Positions 44,333 through 53,801 of a stretch of DNA of 64,000 nucleotides are shown here, in pieces. The notes under the pieces were generated by a model. The model made no database searches. It worked only from the letters and a program-made list of their open reading frames with translations, and was not told the origin of the DNA. The position numbers were made by a program, and so were the translations under genes. Source of the DNA: Vulcanimicrobiota bacterium (GTDB lineage: Bacteria > Vulcanimicrobiota > Vulcanimicrobiia > Vulcanimicrobiales > Vulcanimicrobiaceae); assembly GCA_003135555.1 (NCBI GenBank), contig PLCF01000062.1, positions 62,981 to 126,980 of the forward strand. Direction: 5' to 3'. Positions within the stretch are counted from its first letter, which is position 1, and each line of letters starts with the position of its first letter.

Positions 44333-45327
44333 TGCGCGTCCTCGTCCTGGGCGGCACGGTCTTCCTAGGCCGGCACATCGTGACGGAACTCCTGGCCCGC
44401 GGGCACGACGTCACGCTGTTCCACCGCGGTCAGCGCGGGCTTGAGCTCTTCCCCGAGGTCGAGCGCGTGCTGGGCGATCGCACCTTCGATCTCGACCGGC
44501 TGCCGGCAGACGCAAGCTGGGACGCCGTCGTCGACACGTCGGCCTACGTCCCGGCCGTGGTTGCGACCAGCGCTGGCGCGCTGCGCGAGCGCGCCGGGCG
44601 CTACGTGTTCGTTTCGAGCGTCTCGGTGTACGACGTCTCCCTGCCGCTGCTCGACGAGTCCAGTCCGACGCCGGAGTTGGCGCCGGGCGCCGCGCGCGAC
44701 GAGATGGTCCCCGAAACGTACGGGCCGCTCAAGGCGCTGTGCGAGCGCGAAGCCGCGGCGGCGTTCGGTCCGGAGCGCACGCTCGTCGTGCGCCCGGGGC
44801 TGATCGTCGGACCGTGGGATCCCAGCGATCGCTTCACCTATTGGCCGCTGCGCTTCGCGCGCGGCGGCGACGTGCTCGTTCCCGACGATCTCGACGCGCC
44901 GATGCAGGCAATCGACGTGCGCGACCTCGCGGCGTTCGTCGTCGGGGCGATCGAGCGCGGGCAGGGCAGCGTGGTAAACGCCGTCGGGCCGCGCGAGCGC
45001 ACGCTGCGCGACCTCTTCGATGCCTGTGCTGCGGCTGCCGGCTTGCCGGCGCGCATCGTGCCGCTCGACCTCGCCACGCTGCGCGAGCAGAACGTCGCGG
45101 AGTGGAGCGACCTACCCGCGTGGGTCGCTCCGGGATCGGGTCACGACGGGATGCGCAACATGGACCCGGCGCGCGCGATCGCGATGGGGATGCGCTACCG
45201 ATCGCTGGCGCAGACGGTCGCGGACACGCTGCGCTGGGCGCAGCACGAACGCCCCTCCGGCCCGCTCAAAGCAGGCCTGCAGCCCGAACGCGAAGCCGAG
45301 GTATTCGCGCTCGCCGCGCTCCGCTGA
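44332..45327 (+). CDS. NAD-dependent epimerase/dehydratase family protein
   Basis: LGGTVFLG, FVSSVSVY, YGPLK, RPGLIVGP, IDVRDLA. Confidence 0.92.
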   Translation: MRVLVLGGTVFLGRHIVTELLARGHDVTLFHRGQRGLELFPEVERVLGDRTFDLDRLPADASWDAVVDTSAYVPAVVATSAGALRERAGRYVFVSSVSVYDVSLPLLDESSPTPELAPGAARDEMVPETYGPLKALCEREAAAAFGPERTLVVRPGLIVGPWDPSDRFTYWPLRFARGGDVLVPDDLDAPMQAIDVRDLAAFVVGAIERGQGSVVNAVGPRERTLRDLFDACAAAAGLPARIVPLDLATLREQNVAEWSDLPAWVAPGSGHDGMRNMDPARAIAMGMRYRSLAQTVADTLRWAQHERPSGPLKAGLQPEREAEVFALAALR

Positions 45328-45356
45328 CTTCGGGATGTGGTACGATGGGGAAGCGA

Positions 45357-45554
45357 ATGAACGACGACACCAGACGATTCATCCTCGATCCTCCGCCGGG
45401 TTCTGCGATAGCCCGGGCGCGGGACTACGGCATTGACCTCACTCAGCTGGCCCGTAACCTCTCCCTGACGCCCGACCAACGCCTGGAAAAGGCCGAGCGC
45501 TCGCGCCGCATGGCAGTGTCACTGCGGGAGATGCGCGCCGAAGCTCATCGTTGA
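45357..45554 (+). CDS. Small partner protein of the nucleotidyltransferase (antitoxin-like)
   Basis: Extended -10 TGgTACGAT at 45338-45346; GIDLTQLARNLSLTPDQRL motif; TTGA overlap with the next gene. Confidence 0.7.
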   Translation: MNDDTRRFILDPPPGSAIARARDYGIDLTQLARNLSLTPDQRLEKAERSRRMAVSLREMRAEAHR

Positions 45555-46038
45555 ATCAACTTCGCGACGTCCTTCGCGCTCTCGCGAAAGCGCGCAAGCA
45601 CGCGTCGTCGTTGTCGGCGGCGTAGCGCTTCAGCTCCAGGGCTCGTCGTATATTACCGAAGACATTGACTTCGCGTATGAACGCACACGCGATAACGCGC
45701 GACGAATTGTCGCCGCTTTGCGCGGCTTCTCGCCCCGGCCGCGCGGCTTTCCGCCTGACGTCCCGTTCATATTTGACGATCAGATGCTGATGTCGTCCGA
45801 GATCCTCACCTTGGAGACGACGGCCGGGGACGTCGACTTGCTCGGCGTGATCAAGGGGATTGGCAACTTCAATGAGGTCGATCGCGCCGCGGAAACAATG
45901 AATTTCGAGGAATTCTCGATCCGCGTGCTCACGGTGGACGGACTTCTTCGCTCGAAGCGGGCCGCCGGACGCCCCAAAGACGAGCCCGGCATCGCGGAGC
46001 TCGAAGCGATCGAGGATGCGCGTCGGCGCGCTGACTAG
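45551..46038 (+). pseudogene. Nucleotidyltransferase (DUF6036/AbiEii-like), frameshifted
   Basis: The TTG frame stops early; VVVGGVAL..TEDID, VDLL, LLRSKRAAGRPKD lie in another frame; removing one CG from GCGCGC (45590-45595) restores a single ORF. Confidence 0.8.
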
Positions 46039-46045
46039 TGCGGTA

Positions 46046-47206
46046 CTAGGGCGTGACCGACACGACGACGGATTCGGGCGGTTTCGTCGTGCCGCCCGCA
46101 TCGACGCTGACGTCGACGTGCACGCCTTCGGCCGTCGCGCCGCCGCCGTCCTGTGACTGCATGCGTACGATGTAGGGCTGCACGAAGTAGCCGAAGAGCA
46201 CTTTGATGAGCGCAGCTGCGGGGATGCCCAGGATGAGCCCCGCGAAACCGAACAGCTCGCCGCCCGCGAAGACCGCGAACATGACGGTGATCGGCGAGAC
46301 GCCGACCGACTGCGCCATGATCTTGGGGACGAGCAGATTGTCGGCGACGCGCGCTACGACAAATACGACGATCGAGACCCAGATGACCATTCCGGTCCCC
46401 TGCGGGATCGCCAGCATCGCGGCGACGACTTGGGCCACCAGCATCCCGACGAACGGCACGGCGTAGCCGATGCCGCAGATCACGGCGACCAACAGCGCGA
46501 ACGCGAAGTGGGTCGGGAACAGCAGCAGCCACACCGCCGCGCCGACGATCGCGCACAGCACTGCTTGGCCCGCGACGAAGTGGCCGAAGACTTCGACGAG
46601 CTCGTGAAGCAGGCGCGCCACGTCGTCGCGCCGGCGGGGCGGCACCAGCGACAGTATGCCGTCGCGCACCTCGCCGCCCTGCAGCAGGAAGAACACCGAC
46701 AGGATTAGCGCCGACATCGCGATGAGCATCCCGGTGAAGGCACTGACGACGATCGTCCCCAGCTTGGCGACCGCGGTCGCCAGGAATATCGAGATGCGGT
46801 TGCCGGCCTCGGTCTGCATCTCGGTGTACGACGGCAGCGGCACGCGATTTCCGAGCAGTTCGCGCAGCCGCGCTTCGGCATGCGCCACGCTGTCCTGCGA
46901 GCCGGCGAGGTACTGCGGCGCATGGACGACGAGCTGCAGGATCTGGGCGTAACTGATCGGGACCACCACGAGCGCGAGGAGCAGCCCCGCTCCGAGCAGG
47001 CCGAGGTACACGACGGCGATCGCGGGCCCGCGCGGCATCCGCTTCTCGAGCCGCTGCACCAGCGGATGCGCTCCGAACGCGACGAACGCCGCGATGAGGA
47101 AGAGGGAGACCGTGCGGGGGATGTGCGCGGCGAACCAGACCGCGACGCCGACCACGACCAGCGTGATGGCGACGATGAGCATGCGCCGCAGCGTCGCCGG
47201 GCTCAT
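46046..47206 (-). CDS. AI-2E family transporter
   Basis: Multiple TM segments, VPFVG, DNLLVPKIMAQSVGVSP, GGELFGFAGLILGIP. Confidence 0.92.
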   Translation of the reverse strand: MSPATLRRMLIVAITLVVVGVAVWFAAHIPRTVSLFLIAAFVAFGAHPLVQRLEKRMPRGPAIAVVYLGLLGAGLLLALVVVPISYAQILQLVVHAPQYLAGSQDSVAHAEARLRELLGNRVPLPSYTEMQTEAGNRISIFLATAVAKLGTIVVSAFTGMLIAMSALILSVFFLLQGGEVRDGILSLVPPRRRDDVARLLHELVEVFGHFVAGQAVLCAIVGAAVWLLLFPTHFAFALLVAVICGIGYAVPFVGMLVAQVVAAMLAIPQGTGMVIWVSIVVFVVARVADNLLVPKIMAQSVGVSPITVMFAVFAGGELFGFAGLILGIPAAALIKVLFGYFVQPYIVRMQSQDGGGATAEGVHVDVSVDAGGTTKPPESVVVSVTP

Positions 47207-47670
47207 AGCGGCTTGGTCATCATCCGGCGCTCGACGACGAACCCGGCCCGCTCGTACAGCGTGCGCGCCGGCGCGTTCTCCTCGGTGACCATGAGGCTCA
47301 TGTAGCGCAAGCCGGCCGCCCGCGCCTGCAACTCGGCGGCCTCCAACAAGGCTCGGCCGACGCCGCGGCCCCGGGCGTGCGGCTCCACGGCGGTATAGGC
47401 GACGAAGGCCTGTTGCGTGAGCGTCACCTCGTCGGGGACGTCGAAGAGCAGCAGCAAGAAACCGATGCGGGCTCCCTGCTCCTCGGCGACGAGCACCTCG
47501 TGCCGGCGCTCGAAGACGAACTCGACCAACCGTGCGAAGGCCTCGAGCACGTCGTCGTAGCGGGCCTCGCGCACCGGCGAGACGCTGCTCGCCGCGCTGC
47601 GCGCGCCCAAATCGTGCACGAACCCGCGGTCGGCGTGGTCGCCGCGGCGCACCGTGACCGGCACGCTCAC
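47203..47670 (-). CDS. GNAT acetyltransferase
   Basis: AVEPHARGRGVGRALL, NAPARTLYERAGF. Confidence 0.92.
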   Translation of the reverse strand: MSVPVTVRRGDHADRGFVHDLGARSAASSVSPVREARYDDVLEAFARLVEFVFERRHEVLVAEEQGARIGFLLLLFDVPDEVTLTQQAFVAYTAVEPHARGRGVGRALLEAAELQARAAGLRYMSLMVTEENAPARTLYERAGFVVERRMMTKPL

Positions 47671-48767
47671 CGGTGCGCCGGTACCAGCTCGCGCAGCGCT
47701 GCGATGACCAACGCGTTCTGCTCCGCCGTGCCGATGGTGATCCGAAGACGGCCCGGCATCCCCAGCGCGTCGCCGTTGCGCGTCACGATCCCGCGCTGCA
47801 GCAACGCCTCGTAGGCCTGCGTCGCGGTACCCGGGACGCTGACCGCGACGAAGTTCGCGGCCGACGGGTACGCATGCAGTCCCAACGTCGCGAACGCGGC
47901 GAACACGGCGTCCCTGCCGGCGGCATTGGTCTCCAGCGAGCGGCGCACGAAGTCGTGATCGTCGAGCCCCGCCGCGGCCGCGACCGCGGCTGGGCGCGAA
48001 ACGTTGAACGGTAGGCGCACGCGCTGCGCGAAGGCCAGCAGCTCGGGGTCGCCCAGCGCATAGCCGAAGCGCAGCGACGCCAGCCCGAACAGCTTGGAGT
48101 GCGTCCGCAAGACGAACGTCGCGGGGCGACGCGCGACATAGCGCGTTCCTTCGAGCGAGCCCGGCGGCATGTACTCGCGGTAGGCCTGGTCGACGATCAG
48201 TACCACGTTCTCGGGCAACGCGCGCGCGAAGCGGTCAAAGGCGTCGGGCTCGACCCGCGTCGCGGTCGGGTTGTTGGGGTCGACGACCACGACGATCTTC
48301 GTCTTGGAACCGACCGCCGCTTGCATCGCGTCGAGATCGTGCACGCCGTCGCGCAGCGGCACCTTCACCGCGACCCCGCCGAACAGCGCCGTGTCCTTGG
48401 CGAACAACGAGAAGGTCGGATCGGCGAGCACGACCTCTTCGCCCGGCGACAGAAACGCGCTGAACAAGGTCCGCGCGACGTCGTTGGAACCGTGTCCGAC
48501 CAGCACGTGCTCGATCCCGAATCCGTACGGCTCCGCGAGCCGCCGACGCAGTTCGGCATGATCGTCGTCGACGTACAGCTGCAGGTCGTCCATCGCACGC
48601 AGCGCCGCGGCGGCCAAGGGCGACGTGCCCAGCGGGTTTTCGTTCGACGAGAGCTTCACAACGCGGTCCAAACCGTACTTCGCCCGCGCCTGCGCCACCG
48701 TCGTGCCGGGCACGTACGGCTTCAACGCCGCAATCTCGGGCCGCACGATCTTGGACGTATCGGTCAT
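47667..48767 (-). CDS. hisC: Histidinol-phosphate aminotransferase
   Basis: YVPG, KLSSNENP, PNNPT, DQAY, RTHSKLFGLASLRFGY, RITIGT. Confidence 0.92.
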   Translation of the reverse strand: MTDTSKIVRPEIAALKPYVPGTTVAQARAKYGLDRVVKLSSNENPLGTSPLAAAALRAMDDLQLYVDDDHAELRRRLAEPYGFGIEHVLVGHGSNDVARTLFSAFLSPGEEVVLADPTFSLFAKDTALFGGVAVKVPLRDGVHDLDAMQAAVGSKTKIVVVVDPNNPTATRVEPDAFDRFARALPENVVLIVDQAYREYMPPGSLEGTRYVARRPATFVLRTHSKLFGLASLRFGYALGDPELLAFAQRVRLPFNVSRPAAVAAAAGLDDHDFVRRSLETNAAGRDAVFAAFATLGLHAYPSAANFVAVSVPGTATQAYEALLQRGIVTRNGDALGMPGRLRITIGTAEQNALVIAALRELVPAHR

Positions 48768-48768
48768 C

Positions 48769-48824
48769 GTTCTAACGGCGCTCCGCTCTCGCTGCGCGCC
48801 CCCCACGCGTTGCGTGGGGCCCCC
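48769..48824 (-). repeat. REP-like intergenic hairpin repeat, copy 1
   Basis: Minus strand GGGGGCCCCACGC-AAC-GCGTGGGGGGCGCGCAGCGAGAGCGGAGCGCC; similar to 62899..62956 (+). Confidence 0.7.
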
Positions 48825-48887
48825 GGGTCCGACCTCGCAATACGAGTACAGGACGCGGACGATTCTGCTGCGCTCGGTCCATCGCCA

Positions 48888-49466
48888 CTATCTCAAGAAC
48901 CGGGAGCCGGGTTCGGTGATGGGTTCGCCGGCGGCGCATTGGGGGCACTGTTCGGGATCGAACGAGTCGACCGGAAGATCGAGCAGGGTGATCGTCGGCA
49001 CGCCGAAGTCGACCGTGGCGCGGCGCACGATGACCCCGACTCCGGCGACGTGCGCGCCGTGCGCGCGAACCACGTCGAGCACCTCGTTCACCGAACCGCC
49101 CGTGGTCACGACGTCCTCGACGACCAATGCGCGCTGGCCCGCACGCAGCGCGAAGCCGCGGCGCAGCGTCGGCACGCCCTGCTCTTTCTCGACGAAGATG
49201 CTCAGCGTCCCCAGTTGGCGCGCGGTCTCGTACCCCAGGATGATCCCACCGACCGCCGCGCTCACGACGACCTCCGGCGTGAGCTCGCGCGCGCGGTCCG
49301 CCAGCGCCCGCGCGACGCGCTCGACCAGCACCGGGTCCTCGAGCAGCCGAAACTTCTGCACGAAGACGTTCGAGTGACGCCCCGAGGACAACCGGAAATG
49401 GCCGTTGAGAATCGCGCCGCGCGCTTCGAGCTCGCGCAGCAGATCGGCCGCGGTCGCCGCGGTCAC
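48888..49466 (-). CDS. pyrE: Orotate phosphoribosyltransferase
   Basis: GHFRLSSGRHS, LVVEDVVTTGGS; follows pyrF. Confidence 0.95.
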   Translation of the reverse strand: MTAATAADLLRELEARGAILNGHFRLSSGRHSNVFVQKFRLLEDPVLVERVARALADRARELTPEVVVSAAVGGIILGYETARQLGTLSIFVEKEQGVPTLRRGFALRAGQRALVVEDVVTTGGSVNEVLDVVRAHGAHVAGVGVIVRRATVDFGVPTITLLDLPVDSFDPEQCPQCAAGEPITEPGSRFLR

Positions 49467-50173
49467 CCTTGCAGCTCCGCGAGGATCGCGCGCGCCGCGC
49501 CGACGGGATCGGCGTCCTCGACGATCGGCCGCCCGACCACCGCGTAGCGTGCCCCGGCCTCGCGCGCTTCGCGCGGGGTCGCCGCGCGTTTCTGATCGCC
49601 GTGCGCGCTGCCGCCGGGCCGAATCCCGGGGCACAGCGTTCCGAATTCGGCGCCGAAGTATGCGCGCAGATCGGCGACCTCGCGCACGCTGCACACGACC
49701 CCCGCGCAGCGCGCATCGCGGGCCAGCGCGGCCAGCCGCGTCGCGTTCTCGCCCGGTCCGCCGATGAGGCCGAGCTCGCCCAGATCTTCGGCCCCGATGC
49801 TGGTGAGGATCGTCACCGCATAGATCTCCGGCGCCGGGATCCCCAGCTCGGCGGCGCGTTCCTCCGCGGCAAGTACCGCAGCTTCGAGCATTTGCGCGCC
49901 GCCCAGCGCGTGGACGGTGAGCAATTTGACTCTCGGCGCCACCACTGCGCGCACCGCCGCTTCCACCGTGCGCGGGATGTCGTGGAGCTTCAAATCGAGG
50001 ACATATTCGGCGCCGTCGCGTGAAAGCGCCTCACGGATCGTGTCGCCGTAGCCGTAAAATGCCTCGTAGCCGACCTTGAAGAGCACGCCGAGAGGGGCAA
50101 GCTTTTTCACGATCATTACGCAACGAGCAGGATCGGGGACGTCGAGCGCTACCACCAGCTTGGGAGAGGACAT
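49463..50173 (-). CDS. pyrF: Orotidine-5'-phosphate decarboxylase
   Basis: VALD, FKVG, DLKLHDIPRT, VTILTS, PGIRP, VVGRPI. Confidence 0.97.
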   Translation of the reverse strand: MSSPKLVVALDVPDPARCVMIVKKLAPLGVLFKVGYEAFYGYGDTIREALSRDGAEYVLDLKLHDIPRTVEAAVRAVVAPRVKLLTVHALGGAQMLEAAVLAAEERAAELGIPAPEIYAVTILTSIGAEDLGELGLIGGPGENATRLAALARDARCAGVVCSVREVADLRAYFGAEFGTLCPGIRPGGSAHGDQKRAATPREAREAGARYAVVGRPIVEDADPVGAARAILAELQG

Positions 50174-50271
50174 TAACGTAACGCTTCGCTCAAGACGTCT
50201 AGAGAACTTCGCGGGCTTGCCGAACGTTAGGGATATACGGCGTCGGAAACGACGCCGGAAAGGAGAACGAG

Positions 50272-50412
50272 ATGCCTGGGATCCAGGTCTTCAAGACGCT
50301 AGCCGACGCGCTTCGAGCGGGCTACCACGTCTACGACCGTACCGACCACGGCTATCTCGTTCGCACGCGAACCGCCGCCGGCTGGGCCATGGCCATCGTG
50401 ACCTGCCGCTGA
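50272..50412 (+). CDS. Small hypothetical protein (46 aa)
   Basis: AAAGGAG RBS; MPGIQVFKTLADALRAGYHVYDRTDHGYLVRTRTAAGWAMAIVTCR; flanked by a 5' hairpin and a terminator. Confidence 0.85.
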   Translation: MPGIQVFKTLADALRAGYHVYDRTDHGYLVRTRTAAGWAMAIVTCR

Positions 50413-50449
50413 CGCCTCGCCGTCGCGAACGGAAGTAGTCGCAAACACC

Positions 50450-50488
50450 AAGGGACGGGCCGCCGAGGCGACCCGTCCCTTCGATTTT
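50450..50488. terminator. Probable bidirectional intrinsic terminator
   Basis: AAGGGACGGG...CCCGTCCCTT stem followed by a T-run, between convergent genes. Confidence 0.75.
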
Positions 50489-50501
50489 GTCCCGGCCTCG
50501 G

Positions 50502-51116
50502 CTAGCGCAGGTCGGGCGGCGGGACCGGCTTGGAGAGCTCCTCGAAGCGCGGCCGGCCAGGCTGCTGCGCCCACGGCGGGGGCACGGCGTCGCCGAAGTT
50601 GGGTGGCGGCGGCGGGGCCGCCGGCCCCGGCGGGGACTGAGGCGGCGGGATGAACGTCACCCGCGGCTGGCCGCCCGGCAGCTGGGCGCCGGAGAGCACC
50701 GCGATGATGACCTGCGCGATCCCCACGAACATCGGGATCAGGCCGCCCAGGAGCACCGGGTTGCCCCGATAGCCGCCGAACGCGGTGCCGAAGGCGATGG
50801 TTAGGCCGAGGCCGATGAGCGACAGCCGAATGCCCTTCATGAGCGCGCGCTGCGGATCGTCTTCGGGCGCGACCCAAGCCGCCGGTTGCACGTAGGGAGC
50901 CTGCGGCTGCGCCGAGCCCGGCGGCGGCCACACGCCTCCGGCCTGGCGCCACTCCCGGTAGGCCCGCCGGTTGTCGGGTGGTGGCACGATTCCGCGGCGC
51001 AGCATCTCCATGCGTTCCTGATGGCGCAGCACGCGCGAAACCATGAACGCGACGGCCGGGATACCGAACAAGAAGACGATCCCGAAGAGGGGGACCAACG
51101 CTTCGGTCATGGTCAT
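50502..51116 (-). CDS. DUF6249-like membrane protein
   Basis: TM segment then RHQERMEMLRRGIVP, two more TM segments (GGLIPMFVGIA), Pro-rich tail. Confidence 0.75.
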   Translation of the reverse strand: MTMTEALVPLFGIVFLFGIPAVAFMVSRVLRHQERMEMLRRGIVPPPDNRRAYREWRQAGGVWPPPGSAQPQAPYVQPAAWVAPEDDPQRALMKGIRLSLIGLGLTIAFGTAFGGYRGNPVLLGGLIPMFVGIAQVIIAVLSGAQLPGGQPRVTFIPPPQSPPGPAAPPPPPNFGDAVPPPWAQQPGRPRFEELSKPVPPPDLR

Positions 51117-51119
51117 GAG

Positions 51120-52055
51120 CTAAACACTCGCTCCCTGGGTGATGGTGATCGAGCCGTCGCCGCTCGACACCTCGAAATGCCCGCGGCCGGTACCGACGTG
51201 CACGACGCTGCGGCGGTCCTCGCTTTCGGTGGCGGGAAGGCCGGCAACGTTGACGTGGCCGTCGCCGGTGTGAACGTTGACCGTCGCATCGGTATTGCTG
51301 GTGAACGAGACGCTCACGCGGCCGTCATGCGTGATCAGCGCTCCGTCGACGGCGCGCAGATCGACGGCAGCGATGCGCCCGCTGCCGGTCGTGGCGTCGA
51401 TACGGTCGGCGCCGACGCGGGTGAATAACAAGCGCCCGTCGCGCGTGTTCGCAGCGATATCCGCCCCCTGCACGTCGACGAGCACGATGCGGCCGCCGGA
51501 GCAGCTAAGGTCGAGGTCGCCGCGATGGTCTTTCACGTAGATGGGGCCCTCGACGATGTGCGCGACGAACTTTGCGCGCAACCCGCTCGCGTCGATTCGC
51601 TCGGCGCCGACGACCTCGACGAGCGCCGCCGCCGGCACGGTGATCTGCACTTCGCGCGTGAGCATGCCGAACGTCACGTGCGGGCCGTCGTCGGCACGCG
51701 CGGTGATGCGCACGCCGTCCGGCGTCTGCACCGCGCTGATCGGCGGGAAGTCACCCGTGACCCACCCGCCCCGGTGCGTCCTCCCGACCACGTGGACGCT
51801 GTTGGTCGACGCGGCCTGCACGATGACGTGCACGCCGGCGACGTCGACGTGGACGTGCGCGACGGGTCCGGTAAAAAAGCTCTTGTCGACGTCGCTGGAC
51901 GTCGTTTGCCCCTTCGTCCAGGGTCCGAGCGCGGTCGGGGGCTGGAACCCGAACGGCCCACTTGGGCCGGGGTCCCCGACCGCCTTGGCGGCCATGCCGA
52001 CGATCCCGAGCTCGACGACCACCAAGGCGCCGACGAGGGTCATGCGGGAAATCAT
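51120..52055 (-). CDS. DUF4097 beta-strand repeat protein
   Basis: N-terminal TM; repeated T/SxDGxI/V units (TRDGRL, TGSGRI, THDGRV, TGDGHV, SGDGSI). Confidence 0.85.
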   Translation of the reverse strand: MISRMTLVGALVVVELGIVGMAAKAVGDPGPSGPFGFQPPTALGPWTKGQTTSSDVDKSFFTGPVAHVHVDVAGVHVIVQAASTNSVHVVGRTHRGGWVTGDFPPISAVQTPDGVRITARADDGPHVTFGMLTREVQITVPAAALVEVVGAERIDASGLRAKFVAHIVEGPIYVKDHRGDLDLSCSGGRIVLVDVQGADIAANTRDGRLLFTRVGADRIDATTGSGRIAAVDLRAVDGALITHDGRVSVSFTSNTDATVNVHTGDGHVNVAGLPATESEDRRSVVHVGTGRGHFEVSSGDGSITITQGASV

Positions 52056-52063
52056 GCCCCATG

Positions 52064-52149
52064 TACGACCGGACGGCCGGGGAGTTTCGAATGGCCGCCC
52101 GGTCCGGCGCCGCCGGCCCCGAGCGAAACCCCCGGGTCGCTCGCCCGTA
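52064..52149. promoter_or_regulatory. Two divergent SigW-type ECF promoters
   Basis: CGAAAC-N16-CGTA on + (52124-52149) and on - (52089-52064). Confidence 0.8.
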
Positions 52150-52161
52150 CATGGGGGCACG

Positions 52162-52728
52162 ATGGGAGTCGCCCTCGCGGTGGAACCGCCCTTAGCGGCG
52201 CCGGTCGTCGACGACCAGGCGCTCATTACCGCGACCCTCGGCGGCCGCACGGAGGCATTCAGCGAGCTCGTATCGCGCTACGAGCGCGCGGTCTACCACC
52301 TCGCGGTGCGCACGCTCCACGATGCCGGCGAAGCCGAGGACGCGGCTCAGGAAGCGTTTTTCAAGGCCTACCGGGCCCTGAACAGCTTTCGGCCGGGCGC
52401 CAAATTCTCGACCTGGATCTTCACCATCTGCTATCGCGGGTGCTGCGACCGCCTGGCGAAGCGAAAGCGACTCTCCGGCGACGAGCTTCCCGACCGTGCC
52501 GACCCGTCGGCCGGCCCCGAAGCCTCGGCCGTGCGCGAAGACGAGGCCCGGCGGCTGCGAGCCGCCATCGACGCCCTTCCCGAGAAGTACCGCACGGTCA
52601 TCACGCTGTACCATCTACAAGGGAAGCAGTACGAGGAGATTGCAACCGTGTTAAACCTTCCGCTGGGAACCGTGAAAACGCACCTCTTCCGGGCGAAAGA
52701 ACAACTACGGAAGGCACTGAGCACATGA
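52162..52728 (+). CDS. ECF RNA polymerase sigma factor (SigW/RpoE-like)
   Basis: AFSELVSRY, AEDAAQEAF, FSTWIFTI, YEEIATVLNLPLGTVKTHLFRAK. Confidence 0.95.
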   Translation: MGVALAVEPPLAAPVVDDQALITATLGGRTEAFSELVSRYERAVYHLAVRTLHDAGEAEDAAQEAFFKAYRALNSFRPGAKFSTWIFTICYRGCCDRLAKRKRLSGDELPDRADPSAGPEASAVREDEARRLRAAIDALPEKYRTVITLYHLQGKQYEEIATVLNLPLGTVKTHLFRAKEQLRKALST

Positions 52729-53084
52729 CCTACGACGACGACGACCTCGACCGCGCCCTGGCGGCGCTCCCGCTGGAAGAGCCGCCCGCGCATCTGCACG
52801 CACGGATCATGGCCGCGACCCTGTACCGTCCTGAGCCGGCGGTCCGCGGCTGGGAGATCTGGCTGATGGGAACGCTGATCGCGCTGGCGGCCTGGCTGGC
52901 TTGGCTCGTTGCCAGCGCCCCGCACACCGCAGAGCGCCTGACCGACGCCTCCGTGTGGGTGGTCGAGAGCACCGGTTTTACCTCGGAGTACACGATGCTG
53001 TGGCTGGCTGTCGGCGTCTCGGCGGCCTGGTGGCTCTCGCAGCTCACCTTCCCGACGCGACCCTCGCGGATCGAGGCGCGGTGA
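52725..53084 (+). CDS. Putative membrane anti-sigma factor
   Basis: ATGA overlap with the sigma gene; EEPPAHLHARIM then two TM segments. Confidence 0.7.
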   Translation: MTYDDDDLDRALAALPLEEPPAHLHARIMAATLYRPEPAVRGWEIWLMGTLIALAAWLAWLVASAPHTAERLTDASVWVVESTGFTSEYTMLWLAVGVSAAWWLSQLTFPTRPSRIEAR

Positions 53085-53785
53085 GCGCGACGCCGACCCC
53101 GACCCTCTCGGACGAGCGGCGCAAATACAAAGTCTTGCTGATCGAGGACGACGCGCAGATCACGCGCGTCCTCAAGCTCGAGCTCGAGCACGAGGGGTTC
53201 GACGTCGAAACGGCCGCCGACGGCCTTTCCGGTCTCGAGAAGGCGCTCAAGGAACCCGACCTGGTCGTGCTCGACCTGATGCTTCCCAAGCTCGACGGAA
53301 TGGAAGTGTGTGCGCGCGTGCGCGCCAAGTCGCGCGTGCCGATCATCATGCTCACCGCGAAGGACCGCATCCCGGACCGCGTCGCGGGGCTGGATCGCGG
53401 GGCCGACGATTACGTGGTCAAGCCGTTCTCGATCGAAGAGCTCGTGGCGCGCATCCGCGCGCGCCTGCGCGAACGCGACCCGCACGAAAATGTGTTGGGC
53501 GCCAAGGACTTGCTGATGGATCGCGACCGGCACGAGGTCTCGCGGGCCGGACAGCAGATCCACCTCACCGCCAAAGAGTACGCGCTGCTGGAGTACCTCT
53601 TACTCCACCGCAACAAAGTGCACTCGCGCGACGAGTTGTTCAACGGCGTTTGGGGCAGCGATTTTCTGGGCGACTCGAACTTGATCGACGTCTACATCCG
53701 CTACCTGCGCGGCAAGATCGACGACCCGTTCGAGGAGAAGCTCATCCAGACGGTGCGCGGCGTGGGATACGCGCTCAAAGAATAA
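53081..53785 (+). CDS. OmpR-family response regulator
   Basis: LLIEDD, LDLMLP, MLTAK, GADDYVVKPF, DVYIRYLRGK, TVRGVGY. Confidence 0.97.
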   Translation: MSATPTPTLSDERRKYKVLLIEDDAQITRVLKLELEHEGFDVETAADGLSGLEKALKEPDLVVLDLMLPKLDGMEVCARVRAKSRVPIIMLTAKDRIPDRVAGLDRGADDYVVKPFSIEELVARIRARLRERDPHENVLGAKDLLMDRDRHEVSRAGQQIHLTAKEYALLEYLLLHRNKVHSRDELFNGVWGSDFLGDSNLIDVYIRYLRGKIDDPFEEKLIQTVRGVGYALKE

Positions 53786-53801
53786 CGACCGGAGCCGCCT
53801 T

